This document shows, one piece after another, positions 1 through 12,282 of a stretch of DNA of 64,000 nt. The notes below the pieces were generated by a model. It had not been told where the DNA came from. It saw nothing but the letters and a program-made list of their open reading frames with translations, and did not search any database. Every line of letters begins with the position of its first letter. Positions within the stretch are counted from its first letter, which is position 1. The stretch covers positions 73,036,001 through 73,100,000 of the forward strand of contig CM059430.1 of assembly GCA_030390025.1 (NCBI GenBank). Direction: 5' to 3'. The position numbers and the translations under genes are program-made. The DNA comes from Squalus acanthias (taxonomy: Eukaryota).

Positions 1-322
1 GAGTTAATAAGGATAAACTGCTTACACCTGTGGGATAGTCGGTAACCAGAGGACAGGGATTTAAGATAATTGGCCAAAGCACCAGAGGTGAGATGAGATT
101 TTTTTTTACGCAGCGGGTTGTTATATTGTAGAATGCATTGCCTGAAGGGGGTGGGAGCCTATGGAATAGTACATTTCAAAATGGAATTTTAGTTATACTT
201 GCAAAGGATAGCTTTGCACGGTTTTGGAGAAAGAAAAAGGAAGTGCGACTAATTGGATAGTTGTTTCCAGTAGCCGGCGGATGCAGTTTGGGCCGAATGC
301 CTAATTCTGTGCTGCATGCTTC
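1..322 (+). mobile_element. CR1-type LINE 3' end fragment
   Basis: Degenerate RT C-terminus (FFTQRVV..W/NALP-like) followed by a CR1 3' UTR motif (gggccgaatgcctaattctgtgctg). Confidence 0.7.
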
Positions 323-1506
323 TTTGAATCTTAAGCAAATGGCTACAGAAACGCAAGCCACTTAATCATTTGGGACTCGCATTTTTTATTTGCCTTTTAC
401 AGGTGAATTTTGTGGGTCTTGAGGTAGGTTCTAAAAGGGGCACAAGAACTGTCGCACAGTTGTTTCTTTCGTAGTCCGGCCCTGTTAATACAAAAAATAG
501 CCAAGTGGTGAAGAAGGAAATCTACCCAGCTTGTGTTCCTAATATTAGCAACATGAGAACGATGAAAGATAATGGGTTCGTTCATTGACATTTTATCGGC
601 ATGATTTTGCGGGAATCCCCACTCTCTCGCCGTTAATTTCGATGGAAACTCTGGAGAAACCACGTAAGCGGCCAATTTACGTGGTCTCTGTGGGGTATTC
701 GACAAATCTGTCGTCGACCCGCCGCGGAAGTTCCAAAGAAATATTTTGGGATTTCCAGGCGTGTAATTGGTCTGCGAAGCACCGCCAGGAACAACTATGC
801 AGCACACAAAGACCAAAAGAGTGACATCTCTGGGCTTTGCTGGTAACTACAGAAAATATAAATTTAAACGAAAATGGCAATTACTTCCAATTATATCTTG
901 ACTAATGGGGGTAGATTTATAAACACGTACTGCTGTCATTTATTGGAAAGAGGGTAGGAGAAAGAAAATGATATATTTTTAAATTGGAGGGACAGTAATT
1001 TCATAAATATAAGTCTTTATGTTACTGGAGACTCTTTTGCTTTTGGCAGTGTAATCCACAAATTGTACGGACTGCAGAAGGATGGTTCAATAAAGAGCTG
1101 ATTCCGATGTTCCTCAATTTATTTGACACGAATCCTGCTCTGAAAGCAACATAATATTTACGTTACAAATATGAAGTCAGTTATTGAATTATTACTCTTA
1201 TACCGACAGCAAATCTGGACTTTTTGATTACCTCTGGATAAGTTTAAAGCAAAAAGCACAACCAACACATGGAACAAGAATTTCGGTACATGTGTTACCA
1301 ATGTAGTAATAAAAATATTTTGAAATACTTTACAAATTTTACGTTATTTCTAGACTTGTTTTTAATGGAGAGAAAATTTCGCTGCAAAGAACCTAATACT
1401 AAAATCAAATCAACGTTTTACGTCCTTTTGGTATTACAGTTATCTTAATTATGTATACACTATTCTGCATGAGATAAGGTTTGTTTTCCCCTATTTTTTA
1501 GTATTT

Positions 1507-1740
1507 TGTATACAGGGCTATTGCTCTACATGGGTGCACAGCATATTTTCAACAATGATGTACAGACTATTGTTAAAATAGTGGATATTACATTGTAAAA
1601 ATTAGTGCACAGAATACTCTGAACAATGGTGTACAGAACATCCTCAACAATGATATATAGAACATTCCCAACAACGGTGTCCTGAACATTGTCAACATTG
1701 GTATACAGGGCATTCTCATCAGCAGTGTACAGAACATTCC
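1507..1740. repeat. ~24-bp degenerate minisatellite (left part)
   Basis: Recurring unit tgtacag(a/g)(a/g)cattctcaacaatgg; the array resumes at ~2995 after a CR1 insertion. Confidence 0.7.
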
Positions 1741-2970
1741 CGCAGGGATCTATGTGTCCCGCAGCGATCTGTGCTGGGACCTCAAATATTCACAGTATTT
1801 ATTAACGACTTCGATGATGGCATAGAAAGTCATATATCCAAATTTGCAGATGAGACAATGATAGGTGGCATTGTAGACAGTTTAGATGAAAGCATAAAAT
1901 TACAAAGGGATATTTATAGATTAAGTGAATGGTCAAAACACTGGCAAATGGATCTCTTTCCTCCTTTAAGACGCTCTTTAAAACCTACCTCTTTGACCAA
2001 GCTTTTGGCCACCTAAACTAATTTATCCTTATGTGGCTCGGTGTCAAATTTTTTGTCTTAAAATACTCCTGTGCAGCGCCTTGGGACGTTTTACCACATT
2101 AAAGGCGCTATATAAGTACAAGGTGTTGTTGTTGTTGTTGATCTCAATGTACGCAAATGTGAGGTCATTCACTTTGGAACTAAAAAGGATAGGACAGGGA
2201 ACTTTCTAAATGATGAAAAGTTATGTACAGTGGATGTCCAAAGAGATTTTGGGTTTCAAGTGCATAGATCATTAAAATGTCAGAAACCGGTACAGAAAAT
2301 TATCGAAAAGGCTAATGGAATGCTGGCCTTTATATCTAGAGGACTAGAGTACAAGGGGAAGAAGTTATGCTGCAGCTGTACAAAACCGTTGTTAGACCAC
2401 GCCTGGAATACTGTGAGTAGTTCTGGGCTCCACACCTTCGGAAGGATATATTGGCCTTGAAGGGAGTGCAGCACAGGTTTACCAGAATAATATCCGGACT
2501 TCAAGGGTTAAGTTACGAGGAGAAATTACACAAATTAGGTTTGTATTCCCGAAAATTTAGAAGGTTAAGGGCTGATCTGATCGAAGTTTTCAGGTTATTA
2601 AGGGGAACAGATAGGGTAGAGGGTGAGAAACAATTTCCGCTGGTTGGAGATGCTAGCACTAGGAGGCAAAGTCTAAAAATTAGAGCCAGATCTTTCAGGA
2701 ATGAAATTAGGAAACACTTATACAAACAAAGGGTGTTAGAAGTTTGCAACTCTCTTCAACAAAGGGCAATTGATACTAGATCAATTGTTAATTTTAAATC
2801 GGAGATTTATAGCTGGTTGTTCACCAAAGTTACTAAGAGATATGGGCCAAAGGAGGCTACATGGAGTTAGATCGCAGATCACCCATGATCTCATTGAATG
2901 GCGGAACAGGCTCGAGGGGCTGAATGGCCTACTGCTGTTCCTATGTTCCTATGCACCAATGTTCCTAAGT
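1741..2970 (+). mobile_element. 5'-truncated CR1 LINE (RT 3' half), interrupted by an L2 tail
   Basis: PQGSVLGP-like, FINDFD, SKFADET and KANGMLAFI peptides; CR1 tail ending in (ctatgttc)n. Confidence 0.9.
1957..2139 (+). mobile_element. L2 LINE 3' tail
   Basis: ctctttgaccaagctttt...aaaggcgctatataag...(gtt)n tail, the same tail as the L2 copies at ~12.0, 17.9 and 43.6 kb; gatctc flanks both sides. Confidence 0.75.
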
Positions 2971-2994
2971 TCGGATTCTCAACTGTAATTTTTT

Positions 2995-3235
2995 AGGACA
3001 TGCTCAACAATGTTGTACAGGATATTGTCGACATTGGTGTAAAGGACATTCTCAGATGTTACTTAGAAGACATTGTCAAAAGTGATGCTCAGGCCATGGT
3101 CAACAATGGCGTAAGGACAAACACAACAGTTGCGTACACGGCATTGACAACAGTGGTGTACAGGGCTTTCCCACCCGTGGTGTTACGGGCATTCTCAACA
3201 GTGGCATATATAACATTCTCAACAGTGCAGTGCAG
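2995..3235. repeat. ~24-bp degenerate minisatellite (right part)
   Basis: Same unit as 1507-1740. Confidence 0.7.
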
Positions 3236-3266
3236 CAATACATTGGATAGCTATTTTAAAAAATAG

Positions 3267-3381
3267 TATCTAGCTATCTATCTATCTGTCTATCTAGCTA
3301 TCTGTCTGTCTATCTGTCTGTCTATCTATCTGTCTTTCTCTCTTTCTAACTATCTGCCTGTCTGTCTGTTTATCTATCTGC

Positions 3382-3443
<62 letters not shown>

Positions 3444-3507
3444 GTTGCTCTGTTTTTGTGTCTGTCCATACCTTTGTCTCTCTCGCGCATTCTCTCTCTG
3501 TAAATGG

Positions 3508-3558
<51 letters not shown>

Positions 3559-3561
3559 ATT
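3267..3561. repeat. Compound microsatellite (TATC/TGTC)n, (TA)n
   Basis: Directly visible. Confidence 0.95.
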
Positions 3562-4002
3562 TAGATTATTGTTTGATATTATTATTCTTTCTATGTGTAT
3601 GCCATGCTCTGTTTACCGACGGAGCTAACAGTGTCTGATGTTGTCACTGTGCTACCCCATTCAATAACTCCCGATAGAAGAGTGAGGCAGAGTTACTCAT
3701 GGTATTTTATGAAATTAGATATATTAGCCACAAACTCCACAATAATCATTAACTGGCGATGATACTAGTAGAACGCGTTATATAAATAGATATTATTATA
3801 TACATATTTAAAACATCTTACATTTTATTTTTTTCAGTAACTAACTGAAATACTCTACCTAACGTCCTTTCTGAACCAGCACGGACATTGCTTCAATCCA
3901 AATCTAACATTCTGCAAATACTATGAAGTCATCCGTGTCTTATGACTTGCAAACAGTTGCACGCTCTGTTCAGCTTACCCGTTCACTGCCATCAATGGAT
4001 AG

Positions 4003-4129
4003 TGATGCGGAGATGCCGGCGTTGGACTGGGGTGGACAAAAATGAGAAGTCGCACAACACCAGGTTATAGTCCAACAGATTTATTTAAAATTACAAGCTT
4101 TCGGAGCTATCGATCGCCCCTTCCTCAGG
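4003..4129 (-). mobile_element. Penelope-like element terminal fragment with hammerhead core motif
   Basis: Minus strand reads CTGAGGA-AGGGGC-GATCGATA-GCTCC-GAAA, i.e. CUGANGA/stem II/GAAA. Confidence 0.55.
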
Positions 4130-4867
4130 AAATATTTGAATGAAACTCCAGAAGTGATTAATCTGAATTAAAGTTCTCTGTTATATGTTGTCTTTCTGTG
4201 TCAATTTTATGTTTTTCAAGCAGGCTTTGAATTCTTCTCGGAACCGGGTCAGTGTTTGCCTCAGCGTGACTTGAACTGAGTGCAGCAGTCAACTGCAAAT
4301 GTTTCCACCAGATTATGAAATCTTCAATACTCAGTCTTCTTGAGTCACTTTTTCAGAAACTACAACACAGGAGGTATCTTTCCCCATGAATTTGAAAACA
4401 AAAGACGTATGGTGGATTATTAAATAAACATGATGTTGCAAAACTATTGAACTTCAAGTTAAAAAAGCCTTTCATATTTCGCTGCATTCAGCGCTGGATA
4501 CCAGAAGTGAAAGAAAGCAAATGCTGTCGCTTACTGATTTTACTGCACTTGAGCTCCCGCTAGAATTTCTGAAGAGGTTCTCCCGCTCGGATTTCGTGAC
4601 GTCGGTGGAAGATTGGCATGTGGCATTTTGACAAAAAAGGCGGGTCTGCTGATCCGAGAAAGTCCCGGTATTCCAGCGACTTATTTTCGGTGCTCAGACT
4701 GTGAGAGAAATTAAATTTGGAATAAAAAAATATGAATAATTTTACAATTACCTTAATTTTGTCAATTCCTCCAACTCTAATTTGTAGCAGTCACCTGAAA
4801 CTATACATTTATATAGCACAGAAAATGGCAAAAGATGCATTATTTTTTTGAAAACGAAGAACTTTTT

Positions 4868-5468
4868 GACCCGGAACTTGAGGTCAGTCACGAATCAACG
4901 GCGCTCACCGCTGGCCCCGAAGAAAACTGCTTTTATGCAGACTTAAAAAAAAATGTTAAAGAGAGCAATCCAAAGATTGGCACTCTCATATGGGGATAAG
5001 TTAGAAACAGAAATAGCATGAAAAAGCACTTTAAAAATAAGTTTTTAAAAATTGTAATTGTTATCATAATGTCGACATTTGACACTCCACAATTATAAAA
5101 GTTAGTTTTTCAGGGCCATAACGTTTGTTTAGCAATGAATACGCTATTAAAACTCCAGTTACACCTATTCCAAATAGGCATAATATTTAATGGGGTAGTT
5201 AACAGCGATATTACCGCGGAAAAGCCTACATTTTCGTCAGTTTCACTGAATTAACTGATTGCACTAATTGCTGGCTTTGGGAGTGGGGTGGGAGTGAGGG
5301 GAGTCCACAGCGCAGTCAGTGTCGGAGCAGTGAATGATGGACCGCAACTTCAGGATTTCCGCGTTTCGATGCGCATGCTCTACATCCTGAACTTTCGGTC
5401 AGTTACAGAGCGGTAATAACGGCCAACGCTGTTAGTTCGCCATTGTTACCCAGCGCAAATTCCGGGCC
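4868..5468. mobile_element. Non-autonomous DNA transposon (3-bp TSD, Harbinger-like)
   Basis: Imperfect TIR gacccggaacttg / caaattccgggcc with TTT on both sides; related sequence at 49-50.4 kb. Confidence 0.6.
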
Positions 5469-7789
5469 TTTATGTTCGAAAATCCTGTTTTTATTATATT
5501 TTATCATGCGATCCATTACTGAAGGAGGAATATAGCTTTAACGCAAAATATACGGCTGAGAACAGTAAAAATGTCGCCATTTAATCGGGAGTTGAACACA
5601 AGATGCAGTTGTGAAATGTATTTTTTTCTGTTTTTTTGTCTTTTTTTGACCAGAGATGAAATCATCTGTAGAATTTACAAACTGTTACACGTTGAACTAA
5701 TTCGATAACATTCACTAGCAATTTATTAAAATAACAACTGAAAATGAATAATAATGATTTAAATTAGAAACAGGAGATCATACTTGCATCAGAAATATCG
5801 AGGCGTCTTAAACTCTTTACTCCTCAACATCAAGTTTTTCATTCATGTTATCTGTGTTAGAAGCTTCCGTCCAAGATTGCTACCTATTTTCACGGAGCAC
5901 TATATTAAAGAAAACGATTGTGCAACATGTTTGTTAACACCTTGGGTTGTTCCAATGAACAAGGTTCAAAAAGAAAAGAGAGATTGATCTAATTTCGAAA
6001 TCGGCTTCGAACGTTTATCAATAATTAGGCCAGCCTGTATATATAATCGCCCACTCGTCTCCAAATCTAAATCGTAGTCAAAGAATGTTACCTTCCATTT
6101 TGTCCAGACCTGTAATTACACATTACGGCAGAATTATAAAGGGGTGATATGCATTCCCTATATTTTTATTTAATTTATGGACATTTGACAATAATATCAG
6201 GAGCCCAGTCATTAATTATAATCTGTACTTTGTAAAATCCATGTGGGAATTTGCCATCATTTGCTAACATTATCACATAGAAGGGAAACGTTTGGATCAC
6301 GCAAAGAGAACATACTGCAAATACACTTGACTATCGTCAAACAGCTGTCGATTAATTATCATCCTTTCTCGCTGATGTAATAAAGCGACTTCATCAGTCT
6401 ATTTTTTATCCTACAATTATTTTTTTTATAGGACAAATGGTGCAACACGGATAATGTTCTTGGGGGGAGGGTGATTGTTAGGGGTGGAGGGGGGCAATTT
6501 TCTAGTGGATGCAGACGGAAGAGCATCTAGAAAAGTCACCGGATTTTAATTAACATTCAGCAGCTCCTTACCAGAAGAATTAGTATCACCTTATTTCTGT
6601 TTTAACTTTGTTATTACGGAAGGAACATTGCGCTACGGTTGGTAATGCAAGTAACAGATACAAAAAGCTGCGCCACAGAAACACATCAATAGGTTAAGTT
6701 TTAGAGAGAATGGAGTAGCAGGATAGGTCTAAAAGGTAGGGGGACAAAAAAGAAGGTTAGGCAAGCTAAAACTAAAAAGAGATTAGGATTCTAGGCAATA
6801 TAAAATCGAAATATAAAATGGTTCTATGAGCACATAATGAGGGGAAAAATCAAGGATGTAGTCTGGGCTTTGGAAAGCAGCAAAAGGAGTCAGCATTGGC
6901 TATTGAAGTGAGAATTGATGTTGCGCAAAATACGGAGGATTTAAAAAAAAACTTTAGCAAGTATTAAACAGTAAGTAGCAGAAACGTAAAAGGCAGGAAA
7001 ATAGCACACCCCTCCCCCCCTATTGTAATATGCCGATGGACTAAAGTTGTTATTTTTGGCGGGAATGTTCAATTGATCCGTAGAACTGGGGTTTGTTTCA
7101 CGGATTGGAAAAAGGGAACATAACATCTAACTTTATAAAAGGCCGAAAGGACGATGTCAAAAAGTAGAGCCCAGTGATACCCCCAGGTGTACTGGGAGAG
7201 TGTTAGTGGCCATATAGATAAACGGTCTGGTGAAACATCTGAAAGAGTAGAAAGTCCTCAAACAAGTCAACATAGCTTTACGCGAGAGTCATATTTTAAA
7301 ACAAAACAATCACATTTACTGAATGAGGTATTGGGCTTTTTTGATAAAATAAGTCGGTGATCAATTGTTATCCAGACTACAGCAAATCCACTATGGTTTT
7401 TGATTTGTCCCTGTATTTTCATAGGAGGTTTAGCAATCAGGTTGAATAGCAAAACTAAGCGGGTAGTTAATAATTTTCGTTGTTATTTTATTCATTCTCG
7501 GGATGTGGACGTCGCTAGCGAGCTCATAATCTATTTGCAGTCGCTAGTTGCCCTTCAGAAGGTGGTGCTGAACCACCTTCTTCAACTGCTGCTGTCCGCG
7601 TGACAAAAGTTCTCCCACAACGATGCTTGGTGGGAAGTTCCAGAGTTTTGACCCAAATACGATGATATGTGTTCACGTCAGGAAGGTGTGTGAATTAGAG
7701 GGGAAATTGGAGGTAATGGTGTTCACATGTACCTGCTGATCTTGCAGCTCAAGGTGGTGGATCTCGTGGGTTTTGGAAAAAACAGCTTT

Positions 7790-9525
7790 AAAAATATACT
7801 CAACGCCTGGGCATCTAAGCTCTCTGGGCTAGAGAATTCCAAAGATTCACAAACCTCTAAGTAAATATACTTCTCGTTACCTCAGTCCTAAATGGCTGAC
7901 ACCCTTATCCTGTGTCTATGCACCCTTGTTCTAGAATCTCCAGCCAAGGCAAGTAACCTCTCAGAATCCACCGCATCAAGCACTCTCAGCAGCTTATATG
8001 TTTCAATGAGTTCACCTCTCATTCTTCGAAACTGCAGAAAGTATAAGCCCATTCTATTCAATCTCTCATCATAGGAAATCTCTCTCATCCCAAGAATCAA
8101 TCTAGTGATCCTTTTTGGCACCCCCAGCTAGGGCAAGTTTATCCTTCCTTAGGTATGGATACCAGAACTGTACACAGTACTCCAAGTTTGGTCCCCCTAA
8201 ATCCCTGTAGAATTGCAACAATACTTCCTTACTTTTGTACTTCAACTCCTTGCAATGAAAGCCAGCAGACCATTTGCCTTCCTAATTGTTGCTGTAACTA
8301 CATGTTAACTTTCTGTGTTTTTTGTACAAGGACACCCAAATCCCTCTGAACAACAACATTTAATAGTTTCTCAACATTTAAAAATATCAAAAGTATTAAA
8401 CTACATGTGGGTGTATTTTTATTACACCTGCCAAAGCGAATTTATTTTTATTCGTTCATGGGCTGTGTGAGTCGCTGGCAAGGCCAGCATTTATTGCCCA
8501 TCCCTAGTTGCCCTTCAGAAGGTGGTGGTGAGCCGTCGTCTGGAACCGCTGCAGTCTGTGTAGTGAAGGTATTCCCACAGTGCTGTTAGGGTGGGAGTTC
8601 CACGATTTTCTCCCAACGTCGATGAAGGAACGGCGATACACTTCCAAGCCAAAATGGTGTATGACTTGGAGGGGAACTTGGAGGTGGTGGTATTCTCATG
8701 CGCCTGCTTGCCCGTGTCCTTCTAGGTGGTAGAGGTCGCGGGTTTGGGAAGTGCTGCCGAAGAAGCTTTGGCGAGTTGCTGCATTGCATCTTGTAGGTGG
8801 TAGACACTGCAGCCGCGGTACGCCGGTGGTGGAGGGAGTGAATGTTTAAGGTGGTGAATGGGGTGCCAATCAAGCGGGTTGCTGTGTCTTGGATTGTGTG
8901 GAGCTTCTTGAATGTTGTTGGAGCTGCACTCATCCAGGCAAGTGGAGAGTAATCCATCAAACTCCTGACTTGTGCCTTGGAGATGATGGAAAGGCTTTGC
9001 GGAGTCAGGAGTTGAGACACTCGCCGTAGAATACCAAGCCTCTGACCTGCTCTTGTTGCCACAGCATTTATGTGGCTGGTCCAGCTACGTTTCTGATCCA
9101 TGGTGACCCCAGGATATTGATGGTGGGGGATTCGGCGATGTTAATGCCGTTGAATGTCAAAAGGCAGTGGTTAGATGCTCGCTTGTTGGAGATAGTCATT
9201 TCATGGCACCTGTGTGGTGCGAATGTTACCTCACATTTCCGCACATTATACTCAGTTTGTCCCACTCACTTAACCTTTAAATATCCCTTTGCAGACTCTT
9301 TGTGCCTTCTTTACAGCTTACTTTCCCACCTAGCTATGCACTATCAAATTTGGATATATTACACTCGGTCCCTTGATCAAAGTCATTAATGTAGATTGTA
9401 AGTACATGAGCCCCCAGCACTGATCCTGTTGCACCCCAATAGTAACAGCCTACCAACCTTACAATGACTGATTCATTGCTAAACTCTGTTTTCTCTCTTT
9501 TAACCAATCACCTATACATACTAAT
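7790..9525 (-). mobile_element. CR1 LINE RT fragment, interrupted at ~8440-9232
   Basis: RRMRGELIETYK, SRTRVH and YNVRKCEV peptides. Confidence 0.85.
8440..9232 (-). mobile_element. CR1/L2-group LINE 3' fragment nested in CR1
   Basis: ORF SWTSHINAVATRAGQRLGILRR...KAQVRSLMDYSPLAW (RT thumb region); tail gggcaactagggatgggcaataaatgctggcc. Confidence 0.8.
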
Positions 9526-10769
9526 TGCATTTAAGGGGAGGCTAGACAAGCATATGAGGAAATAAGGAATAGAGGGTTATGCTGATAGATTTAGACGTGG
9601 AAATACGGAAGGAGGCTCTTCTGCCTCATAAACGGCGGCCTGGACTGACTGGACCGAAAGCCCTGTTTCTCTGCCGGATATCCTATGTAATCCTATGTAA
9701 CTGCCCAGTAACACAGGTTTACATCTGTAGCTCAGCGGGGCACGGTTTGTACTGAACCATATGTCAGGAAGGTACCAGTTTGCATTGCTGTTTTGCTGAG
9801 TTAGCTGGGCACAGCCGGCGCAGGAATTATACAAACACTGGTGGCCGTGAGATGAGGAAGGACAGCGATCAACCACATCCATGGTCCTGAATGTGGCCAC
9901 TTTTAAATGCATATTTTTCAATAGGGATAAGATCAGTTATTGCTCGGCTGTGACGTACAAAGATGCTATAACCTGGCACCCTCCCTGTCTGGGATCACCC
10001 ATGAAGAATGCTCATTTAGTTAGAATGCCAAACTGTATTAGCGCTTTGAAACAGGGTTGTAGCAATCGACAATTCTTGTTGAAGTGTAATCGAAACACTC
10101 ACCACACACATACATGTTAACAGACAGACGCACACTCACACATATAATCCTACATGGGCATTTCAAACAGAATGAGGGGTCATCGGGTATCGGTGCTTTT
10201 GTTAAGTGTACGTGTTGGGTGTTTATATTCAGAATAGCAAACCAGCGAAAATTCAAAATCTGGAGCTGGACTGCATTCAGCAAATTATAGAGAATGGTAT
10301 TGAAATTCCTGACTCAGTGACAAACTGTGAATTGGTTGTGGCTGCACATCAGTGAGTGAGTGAGTGAAGGATGTGGGCGTGTAATACTGAATCACAGATG
10401 GGTATGGCTACACATCAGTGAGTAAGAGTTGGATGGAGTGTGTAAATTAATTGTCAGATGGGTGTAGGTGAATAATGTGTGTGAGACTTTGCTGTGGGTA
10501 TCTTACAGTGAGAAAGATGTTGTCGGTGTGTATCAGTTAGTAAGAAATTGTTCTGGATGTACAACAGAGAGTGAGATGTGTGTGAGTGTGTGTAACAGGG
10601 ATTATGATATGAGCGTGAATGTTTAACAGTGAGTGAGAGATGGGTTTGTGTGTATAACAAAGAGAGACATTTTCACAGTCCAGTATGATTTACTCTTCCT
10701 GCTTTGAAGCCTTCGATGAGTAAGAAAGTGGAGAATGGATGTGGAGCAGCAAAGTACCGGGAAACAATC

Positions 10770-12068
10770 TGACCCGACATGTTTAACTCCCTCCAGTCTG
10801 GTTTCCACCCCTGCCACAGTACCGAAACGGCTCTCTTCAATGTTAAAAATGACATCCTTTGTGACTGTGACAAAGGCGAACTATCCCACCTCGTCCTTCT
10901 CGAATTGTCTGTAACATTTGACATGGTTAACACCTCCATACTCCTCCAGCGCCTCTCCACCATCATCCAACTTGTGGGGCTACATTCGCCTGGTTCCATT
11001 CCCGCTGTCGCATCGATAAATCTGGTGTCTCCCCAAGGATCGATATTTGCTCCCTCCTATTTCTCATCTATGTGCTGCTCCTTGGCAAAATCATCCAAAA
11101 AGAGAGCGTCAGTTTCCACATATATGCTGTCGACACCCAGCTCTTCCTCACCACCAATTCTCTTGACCCCTCCAGGGTCGCGAAATTGTCAGACTGCTTT
11201 TCCAACATCCAGTACTGGATGAGCATACATTTCCTCCAATTAAATATTTGGAAGACTAAAGCCATTGTTTCCGGTCCACGCCACAAACTCCATCCCACTC
11301 CCTGACATCCGCCTGATTTTCAAACACACTGTTCACACTGTTCACAAACTTGGTGTCATATTTGACCCTGAAATGAGCTTCTGACCACTTAACCACAGCC
11401 GAACTCAGACTGCCTATTTCCATCTCCATAACTTCGCCCGTCACTACCCCTGCCTCAGCTCATCCACTGCTGATCCCTCATCCATCCCTTTGTTACCTCT
11501 AGACTTGACTATTCAAAAGCACTCCTGGCTGCCCATCCACTTTCTACCCTAGGAAATCTTGAGGTCATCGAAAACTCGACTTGCCGTCTCCTAACTCGTA
11601 CCAAGTCCCGTTCACCCATCAACCCTGTGCTCACTGGTCTATATTGGCTCCCGGTAAAGCAACACATCAATTTCAAAAGTCTCATCCTTGCTTTCAAATC
11701 CCTGCACGGCCTCGCCCCTTCCTATCTCTGTAATTTCCTCCAGCCCCACAACACTCCGAGATATCGGCAATCCTCTAATTCTGCCCTCTTGAACATCCCT
11801 CAGTATAACAGGTCAACAATTGGTGATCGTGCCTTCAGCTACCTAGGCCCTGAACTCTTGAGTTCACACAATAAACATCTCCGCCTCTCCATCTCTCTTT
11901 CCTGCGTTCAGACTCTCCTTAAGACCTATCGCTTGTTCAGCTCGCCTTACTTTCTCATTATGTGGCTCGGTGTCAAATTGTTGTCTTATAATACTCCTGC
12001 GTATCACCTTGGGAAATGTTACTATGTTAAAGTAGCTATAAACATAAAAGTTGTTGTTGCTGTTGTTG
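10770..12068 (+). mobile_element. L2 LINE (RT fragment and tail)
   Basis: QSGFHPCHSTETAL, FHIYAVDTQL and LYWLPVKQHINFK peptides; (gtt)n tail. Confidence 0.9.
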
Positions 12069-12167
12069 ACATCTGAAGTCACAAAAGAAGGATTCGATAA
12101 TTTTGTTTGCTGTAGCCTATAACTATAAACCCGCGACTATAATCTAAATCAAAAATGAATGTCTTAC

Positions 12168-12282
12168 CTTTAAAACGGGACTGATTTCAAATGGTCCACA
12201 ATGAGAGTGGTCCCCACTAGAATCACTATTAACCCCAACATGAAACCGCACAGGTTGATCATTTGGATTCGGTCAGTCGAGG
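12168..12282 (-). pseudogene. Transmembrane exon of paralogous IgSF receptor (copy 2), with nonsense codon
   Basis: ccaccag acceptor and gtaaga donor; 115 nt, phase 1-2, same length and phases as the exon at 33481-33595. Encodes STDRIQMINLCGFMLGLIVILVGTTLIVDHLKSVPF*, with TAA where copy 1 has TAC. Confidence 0.8.

Noticed and set aside
397-880. CpG-rich stretch with overlapping ORFs and a possible acceptor at ~850
   Set aside because: No recognisable domain in any frame, so it cannot be assigned to the receptor family
3617-3700. Leader-like peptide LCLTLLSGVIEWGSTV with a phase-1 donor on the minus strand
   Set aside because: The ATG is out of frame, an in-frame TAA precedes the peptide, and no downstream Ig exon was found
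6092-6109. Possible 18-nt phase 2-2 micro-exon downstream of TM copy 2
   Set aside because: Too short to distinguish from chance splice-like motifs
9577-9921. 114-aa Cys-containing ORF
   Set aside because: No recognisable family, and it runs into a CR1 tail
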